Shown here: piece after piece, positions 10,671-22,247 of the stretch
Layout of the letters: each line of letters begins with the position of its first letter
Position numbering within the stretch: position 1 is the first letter of the stretch
Notes under the pieces: generated by a model
The model's input: only the letters and a program-made list of their open reading frames with translations
Told to the model about the DNA's origin: nothing
The model's database searches: none
Program-made: the position numbers and the translations under genes
From: Gekko japonicus
Lineage: Eukaryota
Reading direction: 5' to 3'
Assembly (NCBI RefSeq): GCF_001447785.1
Contig: NW_015170304.1
Coordinates: forward strand, 438,702 to 502,701
Length of the DNA: 64,000 bases

Positions 10671-12413
10671 ATTGGGAAAACCTGAGCAACATGTGCTCCA
10701 GAGGCTCACACACACACACGCACACAATGATTCTCCTCCATTTCATCAGCTCCTCTCTGTATATGTGCACGCATGCCCACATGTATCTTATTGGTCAATA
10801 CCAGCAGGGCTAAAGGGAACCAGAAAGAGTTCATTCCCTCCAGCAACTCTATGACCAGGAATGGAAGATGGTCCTAGAGATCTCTGAGATCATCTCCACT
10901 TTTCTGGAGGGAGTGGAGTCCTGACCCTTTTGTTCTTCTTTTAGCACCTCTTCTGAGTGGGCTTAAAGGAATCTGAAAGAGCTTAAACTGAATGAACCAA
11001 GGAGTCTGAAACACTCTCCACTGCTTACCTCAGGTGCTTCTCTCACCAATAGATGGGAGACTGTCTCACTGGCTCCTGCGGTATCATGGATTGTCCTAAT
11101 GGCTCTTGGGCACTCTCCTATATCCTGATGGGAGCAGATGGGCCAAGCAGCTCTGGTTGGTGCTATTCATGGGCTTCATCAGATCCCCAGCCATGGAACC
11201 TGCCAAATAATCACTCACCCACTCCAAAACTATAATTACATTTTGAAATGAGGAAACATACATACACTATATGTATGTTGGAGATGGAGACAGGAAGAGA
11301 AATACTGACTCACGACATGTTGCTCTGTTATCTGGAAAAGTGGAATGCTTTTTGGACTCCTCTAGCCAGGTCACTCTTGGATGAGTCTGTCAGCAAGATG
11401 ATGCATTCGGAGTCCACAGGGAGGCTTTTTGTGCTGTGCTTTCGCACGTGCCTGGTGGAAGTGGCAGAATCAACATCAAAAAGGAACTCCTGGATCCTTC
11501 AGAGATCTGTCAGAGCAAAAGAGAATCATAGCTTGCTGATGAGCAACTGGGACCCAGGGAAAAGCGAGTGAGGATGGGCCAAAAGAAGCAAACACAAAGC
11601 CTGCAAGGTGGATTTGGGAAAACACTGAGAATCTGTGTGTCAAGATGGCTAAATAAGTGAAACTAGCCGTGTGAATGATGGGCACTGCAAGTGAGACTGG
11701 GGCATTGCCTAAGTTGTATTTATGTGGGTTACTGGCCATGCATCATGTATTCGTTTATTGCAAGAAAAAGTCAGTCCAGGGAAAGATTGCCTCTTTTTCT
11801 ACTTTGGTTTAACAAAGCAGCAACTGCCCATTACAGGCTGAATTAAAGGACGACATTGATTTGCTTTGAAGGTGTCAGGCCTGCAGAGCTGTGTTTAATT
11901 AGGGTTTCTCGTTGAGATAGCCTGTGAGATGTCCCAGACTAGGGCCTTTGGGAGGAAAGATCCTTGATTGCTTGGCCAAATAAATGAATTGTGATCAACT
12001 GCTTGTCACTGCCAACCCTAAACGGGAAACAAATAGCCAGTGAAGAGAGGGGTTGTACTTCGTTGCCCACTTCAGATCTACAAGTTATCCCCAGGTCCAA
12101 TAACATATCCTGGAGGCTTCCACTGGTGTATAAGATACAAGATGTTCCAGTCACCTAACTTGAAGCACAACACTTCTAGAAACTAGATTTTTATTAGACC
12201 ATTACCGATTCGTCCTAATTGTTTGCTTTGCAGAGCTCATTTGTGTGTCTTGCAGCCAGCTCGACATGATAAATGCAGATTTTATTTCTTCTTTCATCCT
12301 GTGTAAACTAACAGTGTACCATCCAGAGGAAAAAAGAAGGCAGAACAGCACCCTGAATCATTAGTTTAATACTAGATAAAGACTAGGAAGGGAAAAAAAT
12401 AAATCTACAAATC

Positions 12414-12441
12414 CACACACACACACACACACACACACACA
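12414..12441 (+). repeat. (CA)n microsatellite
   Basis: Direct reading. Confidence 0.95.
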
Positions 12442-14642
12442 TCTTCCTAAACTTGATTTCTATCTGCTCATTCTAAATTTTATCTTTTTCAAATGGCTTA
12501 GTGATATAATGATGTAAAATAATATAAATATTATAAAGGCACCAAATCATTAAAAACCCACAGAACGTTAGGCCTGCCCCCTCAACTTAAGACAGAATGG
12601 TAGCAACATTACTAAAAACAAGTCAATTCATAGAGAAGAGATCCATCAGTGTCTACAATTCATGATGATTTCCACACACATGGAATCTTGATATTCAGAA
12701 ACAACCTATACCTGAGGTTCAGTTCCGGGAGGGAGGGAGTACTGGGAGTACCTTGGCCCTCTGGTGCACGGGTGAGTCCCCAAAGTTTGACTCTTCCTCT
12801 ACAAGTCTCTGGCGCTGGAGGTATTCGCCTCCTTCCCTCCTGCCTGCTATGGCTGCATAATTGTGTGAGAGATTTCTTAACATAGTGTTCCTGCCAGGGA
12901 AGCTGGGGACCCTGCCCATGAGTCTCCATTTCATCCTCACAACAACCCTGTGGGGTAGGTTAGGTAGAGAAGGGGAGATTTGGCCCGGGGTCACTCAGCC
13001 AGCAGAATGAGAATACAAACATGGGTCTCCCCACATCAATCTGCAACTCTGACCACTGTCCAGTGCTGCCTCTACTGATCTGTCATGTTCCAGAGGTGTT
13101 GTAATGTAATACTCAGTTTCTCAAATGAGTGTATGCCTGTCTGTTGGTCCACTTAGGAAATTTGATCCTGGTTGTGTGGTGGGCTAATTGTGGCAAATGG
13201 TAGGGAAGCTCAGTATTTCTGTATACAATTGTAGGGGCTTTATTGCAATGTGCTATGGCCTGATATTATGTTCTTATTCCAGTGTGGGGTGTGTGTGGGG
13301 CAATGGAAGCGGAGTGATAGGGTCTCTCCAAGTGATTGCCAGAAGAGAGATGCGTCCTGGTCTTGTGTCTTACAGATAATCTTACAAATAGTCCTTTGCA
13401 TTTATATCATGCTTTCAACTTTAAAAGGATCACAATGCTGATTGTGTGAACTTAGGCAAATCACGAGAGGTAGAGCAGGAAGGGTTGCATCAGTGCTTAG
13501 TTCTTGGGAAATGCTGATCGCCACTTTGGGGCCAGAAAGCAATTTTTCTCCAGGCCAGTTTGCCCCCCAGTGATCCTGGAACGCCTGAGATCCTACCCCT
13601 CCCCTTTTCTTTCACCTGGCTTGGAGGCGAAGGGAAGGGAGAGGGGGGGAAAGAATGGATCCCAGGTGCTTCTGCCTGTCAGAGGGGCTGGTGCACACTT
13701 CCAGTGATGTCAGGGGGTGTGGCATATGCTAATAAGTTATGCTAATGAGCTCCTGCAGCTCTTTTTCTACGAAATGACCCCTGCCTGTATGTTGGGAACA
13801 CTATGAACTGGGCCCAGAAATATAGTACTTGGAATCATCAAAGCAGCCCGATCTGGAGTTGTGCCATTTTCTTTGTTTGTAACTGATACCTTCCACTTTC
13901 AGCCTCTACTCCTGTATCAGCTTCTAACAATCAGAGAAAAATAATTAAAATACAAACTCAACAAGAGCAGACTGCAAGTCCAAAATTAAAATGTAACAAA
14001 AGTAAAAAAAAAACAAATTTACTAGAAGCAGCATAAAGTACACTTCTGTCTATCAGATCTTTATCTTACCCCTTCTTTCTCCCATTCAGTGTACCCTACA
14101 CCAATCCTGGGAGGTAGATTAGGAGAAAGGAGGGCAATTAACCCTATGTATCTGTGGAGGGTAGAAGCCAGCTTTTTGCAGCCTTAGTCCAAGATGCAAA
14201 CTATGGTTCTGGTTTTATTAAAAATCAGCATATGATCCATTTAATTAGAAATCCAGTAAAATAAAACTAAAAATATTTGTTTCTCCATTTTCAAAGCCTT
14301 TAGGTGCTCATGGGATGTGTTATGGTTAATGCTTGGCTCGATGCCGTAATAAATGTACTACTACAACACTCCTGTTTTTGGTAGCAAACCTTGGAAAACA
14401 AATATGATTTTTGATCAAAACAGAGACCCTGAAAGTTCAATTTGTCTGATATCGTTCTTCAAGATGGCATTTGATGTTTTATGGTGCTTTATAGACGCCT
14501 CAGACTCTCTAGACCACAGTGTCAAATAAGTTTTCTGTGGAAGAAGAGGTGGAGAAGTGTCAGCTGCCACTTGCACTGTTACAAGAGGGTCTATTGGCAG
14601 GAAATTCCAGAAGCCATTGGTAAAAGACAATCATGTCCACAG

Positions 14643-14882
14643 TTGGGTTGCCAAGTCCTCCCTGGGCACCAGTGAGGGATGAGGGGATAGGGTTGCCAGA
14701 TCCCAGTTGGGAAACTCCTGGAGATTTGGGGATGGAGCCTGGGGAGGACAGGGACCTCAGTGGAGTACAGTGCCATACAGTCTGCTCTCCAAAGAATCCA
14801 TTTTATCTAGGGGAACTGATCTCTGGAGATGAGATGTAATTCCAGAGGATCCCCAAGTCCCACCTGGAGGCTGGCATCCGTA
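14643..14882 (+). mobile_element. hAT (Blackjack-like) MITE with a doubled left end
   Basis: TGGGTTGCCA (14644) and TAGGGTTGCCA (14688), family body, right end CTGGCATCCGTA. Confidence 0.7.
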
Positions 14883-15138
14883 GACAATGGACAGTTCTTT
14901 AGACCTAGCATGCCCTGATAACTAGCCTTCAGCTCCCAGTGACACACACAGTCATCCTCAGAATGTAGAAGTTTTACCCTGCCTAAGAATTCAAACAAAA
15001 AATATTCTGATGTGGCTGTTTCCAGTTAAAGCACAAGAGCTTTCAGGGAAACTTTTAGCACGCCAAAAACAAACTTCCCTTTTGTTACTGTCTGTGACAC
15101 AGTAAGGTGTTTAAAAAGAAACATGAAGCAGGGATGGC

Positions 15139-15850
15139 CAATTTATTATTTAGTTACATTATTTAGAGTCCATCTTTCTCAATGGGACTTATGGTGAATT
15201 ACACAGAGGGACCGATTCTGCAAAAGCAGCTGTTCTGCCCTCGGTCTCCCATTTCCCCTGGTTGTACTGCTCAGTTTCCCACTATTTGTTGCGTGGCCAC
15301 ATTTTGACCTGCATCTCTTCCTGATTTCCCCCACGTCTTCTTGATCCTAAAAAAATAAGGAACAAAAAGACGCGGGGGAAATCGGGGGGAGATGTGGGTC
15401 AAAATGCAGCTGTGGAGCAAATAGTGGAAATTCAGCAGTACAGTTGGGGGAAATGGGAGACCGAGGGTGCAACAACTGCTTTTGCGGAATTGGTCAGTGA
15501 GTCATGACAATCCACAGGATGGGACATTCAATAAACAATGAAATGGGATTTGGGCTGCAGAACCAACCAGAAATTTCATAGAACTGAACTGATGCAAAGC
15601 AGCTTGTTAACAAACCGATTAAATGATGTGAAATTATATTGTCAAATCCACCTTACAGCAAACTGTACACAGTAGAGTAGACCATAGTCCCTAATCATTT
15701 GTCCAAGTAACTTTGTGAATCTTTTTGTACAGTGCTACCCTATTATCTACTTAGACAAGCCCTCTTGAATAATTCTGTTTTGCAAAGTTTGCGGAAAGCC
15801 TGGAGAATGGGAGGCTTCCTGACCTCCTCACACAGGCGGTTCCACAAGTT
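15139..15850 (-). mobile_element. L2-clade LINE 3' fragment interrupted by a foldback MITE
   Basis: Minus strand near 15755-15848 encodes LWNRLCEEVRKPPILQAFRKLCKTELFKRA (L2 ORF2 C-terminus); AT-rich tail near 15140. Confidence 0.65.
15210..15495. mobile_element. foldback MITE (Harbinger-like)
   Basis: Whole element is an imperfect inverted repeat, GACCGATTCTGCAAAAGCAG...CTGCTTTTGCGGAATTGGTC; flanks AGG/AGT. Confidence 0.75.
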
Positions 15851-17251
15851 TAGTGACTGAATGCTCTGCAGCCAAGTTATTTGGACACTAATTCCTTCAG
15901 CTATGACACCAAAGTGGATCTGGTCCTGCCTAGAAAGATCACAGGCCCTACTTAGTGACGGAGGCTAGCTACAGCCCCGCAGGGATCCTTATCTATTCAC
16001 CCTTGAAACCAGTGGCATGGCTGATGAATTTCCCATGAAGACAACTGTTACCATGCTTGACCCAGCACTTTAGTGAATAATACTCAGCTGGGCCAGTGTG
16101 ACCACACCCCTCCCAATCCAAGGCAATCTGTGCCTAGATGTTCTCCATTACATTTCCTTGCACGCGTAGTAAGAGTTGTCCTTCCTGGAACAAAATGCCT
16201 TCTCAGGCAGTAGATCAGCATTATTGGGTGGTAAATTTTCTGCAGGAATAACACAAATGGACACCCAAAAGACCAGGTGCTATAATCACAATTTGTTAAC
16301 AATTAAGCACACCTGCTCAGCCAGTCTAGGAGAATTTGCTCTTCTCTGGGTGAGAATGTCTGCATGAGAGAGACAGTGAGAAAGGAAGAATTATGTATTA
16401 TGATGCAAAGTCATTTCTACTCAGTGTTTATGCAAACAGACATTTGGAGCTAATGTGGTATGTTAGGCTGTTTAACTAGAACTGGGGAGGTGTGAGTTCA
16501 AATCTCCATTTGTGCGTTAAACAGGTAAAAATCATGCATCTTGCAAGCATAATGCAAACTGCAGGCTTAAATTGTCTTCAGGGGCATGATGCAGGGAAGG
16601 GAGAGGGGGCTGAATCCATCCTAGGTGCTAAGCAGGGCAGACTTTCCAAAAAGCCTGTGTTCTACTTCAAAGACCAGAATTTTTGGCTTTAAATATTGAG
16701 AACCATGACTCTTTCCTGAGAAATTTCTCTCTTTTTCATGAAGAAAAAAGAATCCCTCTTGTTTCTCTTTTAAAATCATTTCTTCAGTCTATACATTGCA
16801 GAGTACACAGGCCAGGTCTGGGTTCATACCCTGTGTCCGACATAACACGATCACACATGAGTTATGGCTTCTCTTCAATTCCTGTGTGTGCAGGGCTCCA
16901 TAAGGATCAGGACTGAGGTGCACAGGGAGAAGGAGCTTCAGATCCCCGCCCCCCCAGCTATTTCCCAAACCCAAAACAGTCTGGGGAGGGGGCTTTTTGA
17001 AGAAATCCACACATTCTCTGGGATAGACCCAGATTTCCCTAGCAGGTCAACCCCCCCCTCCCCCGATTATTTCAGTTTGGAAAACTGCTGCAGGGGAAAA
17101 CACTCCATGCACAATGTGCCCCCCCCGATCCAAACTGGGTATTGCACATGCAAGAACTGAGAAACTGCAACTCACTAGTCCTGTTCAAAGTTACAGTGAA
17201 TACATGTAGAATCTGTGTACAGGATTCACCTGATTTTTTTAATACGAGCAA

Positions 17252-17420
17252 GGGGAGCGGTGGCACAGTGGGTATATCCCACTGTCTTAACATCTGAACT
17301 GTGTTAGTTCAAGCCCCGCGCTGGTGTGAGCAGCCAGCCTGTTGTCCCCAGCTCATCATCCACCCAGTGATTCGAAAGCTTTGGCGAGTAGATAAATAGG
17401 GAACCACTTCTTCAGAGAGG
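17252..17420 (+). mobile_element. Sauria-like SINE 5' portion
   Basis: GGAGCGGTGGCACAGTGGGT...GTTCAAGCCCC head and TTCGAAAGC...GAGTAGATAAATAGG core. Confidence 0.6.
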
Positions 17421-18396
17421 GTGGGCATGCCAACCTCCCTTGTGGGAGGGCGTTAGCTGACGGTCAGACGTTCCTGGTCAAGGCTTGAAAAGGCGAAACA
17501 ACTTCCCGTCTACGAAAAGAACGCCTGCAATGGATGTTCCGGCCAGGCGGTGGCAGTGTGGCGATTGACATACGGGTCCTGAGGCCTGGCCAGCAAGCAG
17601 CCATGCGGGAAAATGACGGAGCCAGCCAGAAGACGTCTACACCGGGCAGTGACGGTGCGTGCAATTAAAGTGAATATATGTTGTCTTCCCTATCCCCTAC
17701 AAACATTGTTAGTCCCTTGTCTGTATGTGGAGTAACTGTACATCGCTTTGAGCCCTCATTGAGTAATTCTTATGTTACAATCAATGCATGTACAACAGAA
17801 TGCGTTTTTCAAACCCTGCATTTATCTAGGGACTGGTCCTTGGTTTCATTTGAAAAGTGTGTGTGGGGGGGGTGTTGGTTCTTTCTTACATACAGATTAT
17901 ACATGTACAGGCAGAATGTACATGCCTTCAGTGTAACATATGAACAGGGCTACTGCATTAAGTCTGATACATCGTTGGAAACCAAGACCCTACCAGCATA
18001 CTCTGTAATGTGTCAATCAGCCACCATACTTTGTCTTGCTGTCAGACAGTGTTCTTTGTTGTTGTTGCAAATAGCCATGGAATGTATTTTTTATTATTTT
18101 AAATTTGTAGCATAGGTCAGCCAGCTGCTGTTAAAGGAGAGAATGAAGTAGAGTCTTAAGCAGACTAACTATTTTTTACACTATTTTTACACTCACCACA
18201 AGGGGGCAATAAAACCGCCTTTGAGGAATTTCAGTTGCTCAGGGTCTGGAAACATTCTGGATAAAATATATGATTATAGAAAACAGAAAATAGAAAAGGA
18301 AATCAAAAGATGGAGCATCCCTGCAACCGGGCTTAAGTTTTACCACTTAGAGCTGCTTTGTTTAAAGTTAAGATACTTCCATATCAGTTGATAAGA

Positions 18397-18531
18397 NNNN
18401 NNNNNNNNNNNNNNNNNNNNNNNNNNNNNNNNNNNNNNNNNNNNNNNNNNNNNNNNNNNNNNNNNNNNNNNNNNNNNNNNNNNNNNNNNNNNNNNNNNNN
18501 NNNNNNNNNNNNNNNNNNNNNNNNNNNNNNN
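18397..18531. other. assembly gap (N run)
   Basis: Continuous Ns. Confidence 1.
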
Positions 18532-20021
18532 TAAACAACTTCCTGATCAAGTAGAAAGCTGAAATTTGACACACACACACAGTGTAGTTGGAGGTGCTGG
18601 GGAGTATATTCTGCTGCAAGCCCTTTTTATTGGTTTTATGCCTTACGGTTTTTTTTAAAGAATAATATCAGGTACTTTCAGAGTAAGACATGGCTACTTT
18701 GAATAATTTAAAAGACTCTGAAACTTGAAGTGAAAGTTCTGATTAGTTAGCGAACACAGCTTATTCCTTAAATTGTTTGCATTATGTTCAAACCAAAAGC
18801 TTTAATTTAATTTGAGACCACTCGCGGATGTTCAGACGTTTGCACAGGAGACTGCAGAAAGAGGATGCAAGCTATAAATAGCAACTTCTGATGGAAGGCT
18901 CACTAAACTGGCCGTCGCCCAAACTGAGGAAAGGAAGGCAAGAGATACCTGTTTAAAGTGCTTTAATTTAGAAGCAGATAGGCATCAATTTTAACTTGGA
19001 GTGCTCACTGGCAGACCTTTTGTAGCCACAAGCACAAACTGTAGGAGACACTTAATTGGATTATGGATTTATCTGTTGTTAAAAATTGTCACCTTTTTAA
19101 TTGCCCCTGCTCTTGCACTTTTCACAGCCAATCTGAAATGCAAAAAATTAAGTGGGTGAAGCATTTCTAGGGAGGGAGACAGGAAGTGAAAAGAACTTCA
19201 TCTGCTAATTTTTTGCATATTATGCTGCTGTTTAAAACAAAAATGGTAATAATACAGCAATCCAGGAGGGCCACCAGGTTGGTTGTACATTTTGCGGTCC
19301 TTTAAGAAAAGGAATGCAAGAGGAAATGGGACGTTGGTCCAAAAGCTACAGTGGTGTAGAGGTTTGGGTGTTGGACTAGGATCTGGGTATCTCATGTATC
19401 CCATGGACATTTGCACCAGTCAGATGTGGCCTAGTCCCCAATAACTCAGCAATGGCACACACAGACTGCCCGCAGTAGCACCTTTGAGATCAGTTTGGTC
19501 TTGGGAATCTGAGCTTTCAACTGTCAAAGCTCATCTGTTCAGTCTGAATTTGAATGGAAATCTTTGAGTTGTTATATCCAGATAAAAGGATGCGGGGACT
19601 GTTCAGAGGAAATAAGTCAGAATGCAAAGCTACAATGGACTTTCTAAGTAGCTTGATTGGAACATGGGTGTGGAACATTAGCATCTCTGGTGAGATAACA
19701 ATCCATCCATCCGTGATGGATCCATCATTGTGAACTTGGAATGAATTAAAGTTCAGCAATCTCAGTTTGTTATACCAGTAATTGCAGCTTCTCTGAGGAG
19801 TGTTAATTCTCATTCAGCAAGTGAATGACATTCACCCTAAGGTCTGCCTGTGTGATTGTCCAGCTGGAACCTCACTGAGAGTGGTTCTTTATTCCAAGGT
19901 ACTTGGAAATACAGGACTCTTGGAGGCACACACCCCCTCCCAAAAAGCTTGTGGCGCCAGAACCAGTGCTTTGACCAGGCTATGCTGTATGTCTCCTTGC
20001 AGGGGACAATCCCCAGAGTGT

Positions 20022-20452
20022 GGGCTCCCTCTAAGCTGTGGAATCTAGGGCTGCCAAGCCGTGGCGGGGGATCCATGCATCGTCACAGGATCCCTGCTGT
20101 GGGGGGACAGCAATACACGCTGCACCGGAGTCGTCAGGATGTGACGCTACACGTCGATCTGGCAACGGGGCTCTTTGGAGTCCCGTTGCCAGAGCGATGC
20201 GTAGCGTCACATCCTGGCGACACCGGTGCAGCGCATATCGCTGTTCCCCTGCGGCAGGGATCCTGTGATGACGCACGGATCCCCCGCCGCGGCTTGGCAG
20301 CCCTAGTGGAATCTTGTGAGTGAAAATTCTACTTTGTGAGGTACCGGCATTAAAGTTGTGAGTGAGTGATTTGGCTTCTTCATAAATTAGTTTCCTCTGG
20401 AGCCATCCTTCCTGAGCTAAGACAAAAATGTGTGAGCTGGAGACTAAAAATC
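20022..20452 (-). mobile_element. hAT MITE family A, reverse truncated copy hosting a nested MITE
   Basis: Reverse complement of 32745-32953 and 40497-40702 (CTCCCTCTAAGCTGTGGA...AAAATTCTACTTTGTGAG...). Confidence 0.8.
20046..20305. mobile_element. 260-bp near-perfect palindromic hAT MITE
   Basis: TIR TAGGGCTGCCAAG/CTTGGCAGCCCTA, perfect 8-bp TSD GTGGAATC (20038-20045, 20306-20313), arms pair all the way to the centre. Confidence 0.9.
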
Positions 20453-21071
20453 TAACAAAAAAATAATATTGTCAAGATTATCTTTTTCTTGGGTCTGAAA
20501 GGGAATGTACCCCCTTGTATTTAAACGAAAAGCAACGTCCCCAGTATGGCGGTACCAAACCAGGGAGATTGGGCCATTGGATGAGGAGAATTGACACCTG
20601 TGGAGAGCAGGGAGAGAATCAGCATCAGTGTCTTGGCTTTGCAACAGAGTCCAAATATAGGGAGGCACAAATTCATTATAAAGTGAGATGGGGGTGAGCA
20701 GGGGTGCACCAGGAAGGAAAAAATGGCCCCAGAAAAAGGCTCTGTCCCCCAAAAAGAGGGAAGGAGAGAGGAAGAACCAGCCTAGACTGTGCTACACAGA
20801 GCTTGTCCAGGTGCCTCCATGCTGGGTGGAGGCCAGTCCAGTCCTTCCGTGGGCTGCACAGATGAGGGGAGCTGGGTGTACTCTCCCTGTGCTGTGTGGG
20901 AGAGAGCGGGGCTACAGTCATACTTTCCTGTGCCACAAGGAGGCCACCAGCTTGTGGCAGCAACAGACTGCACCAGCCCCACGCATAGCAAAGGCTGTCT
21001 CTTGTTTGGGCTTTGGGTAGCCCCATTAGGGAAGAGCAGCCCGCCCCCCCCGCTGGGACTTTTCCTGATGG

Positions 21072-21790
21072 CTTTATTTTTATTTATATGTATTTATTAA
21101 AACATTTATATCCCTCCTTTCATCTGGGTTCAATGTGGCTTACAATAATATTTAAAACATCCCCAGCTAAAACCAAAGATAAAATAGCAAGTCCCAATCC
21201 TTCCTCCTCCCAAAAACGATGCCTGTTGTTCAACCCCCTCAAACGCCTTGACAAATAGACAGGCCTTACAGCACCTCCTGAAGACCTCCAAGGAGGGGGT
21301 CCCTCTCACCTCTTCAGGGAACCCATCCCACACAGCCAGAGCCATGATGGAAAAGCCTTGGGCTCTGGCTGATGCCAGGCAGCCCACCCTGAGTGGTGGG
21401 ATGGCCAACAAATGGCTGCCTGTTGACTGTAGTTAGCGTACAGGGACAAATGGAAGGAGACAGCCCTTCAAATATGGGGGTCCCTGGTTGCAAAGGGTGT
21501 TCAAGGTCATAACCAGCCCCTTGAACTGAACTTGGAAACAAACTGGCAACCAGTCACTGTTTCAAAATGGGCAACCTATGTTCCCAGTGGCTAGACCCTG
21601 GTAACAGTTGGGTAGATGAAGTATGATGAAGTAAGCCAACCATGAGGTTACAAAAGCATGGATCAGTGGGGCCAGATCAAATTAGTCTAGGATGCAGCTG
21701 ATAGAAGATGTTCCTGGCCACCATGCCAACCAGCTTTTCAAACAGCAAGGCAGGGTCCATGAACATCCCCAAACTCTTAACCTGCTTTAG
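21072..21790 (-). mobile_element. L2-clade LINE 3' fragment
   Basis: ORF 21130-21411 reads AQGFSIMALAVWDGFPEEVRGTPSLEVFRRCCKACLFVKAF; ORF 21677-21961 reads VKSLGMFMDPALLFE; (TAAA)-like tail. Confidence 0.75.
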
Positions 21791-22030
21791 CACAAGAGGT
21801 TTCAGTCCCTCTGAAATATCAGCCTTCTCGACCAGCATTAACGGCCAGTCCACCCCAGGGGGGTGAGGGGCTCTTTCTTGTTTAGCCTTTGCTGAAACTG
21901 AGCAAATAAGCATTTTTTTTTTAAAAAAAAAGGGGTGTAGAATTATACTGTTCTTGAGCATTGCTATGCATGCATGAAAAGGGTGGATGGAAAATCATGA
22001 TGGTGGTATGACAATGGGGGGGGGTTGAAC

Positions 22031-22247
22031 TAGGCTTGCCAACTCAGGATAGGGAAATACCTGGAGAGTTGGGGGTGGAGCCTAGCAAAGGCAGGGTTTT
22101 GGGAGGGGAAGGACCTAATTGGTATATAATGCCATAGAGTCCACCCTCCAAAGCAGCCATTTTCTCCAGGGGAGCTGATCTCTGTCATCTGGAGATCAAT
22201 TGTATTTCCAGGAGAACTCCAGACCCCACATGAAGGTTGGCACAGTA
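22031..22247 (+). mobile_element. hAT (Blackjack-like) MITE
   Basis: Same body as 9873-10066 with decayed termini. Confidence 0.7.

Noticed and set aside
20031-20276. Mirror-image ORFs on opposite strands
   Set aside because: A direct consequence of the palindromic MITE.
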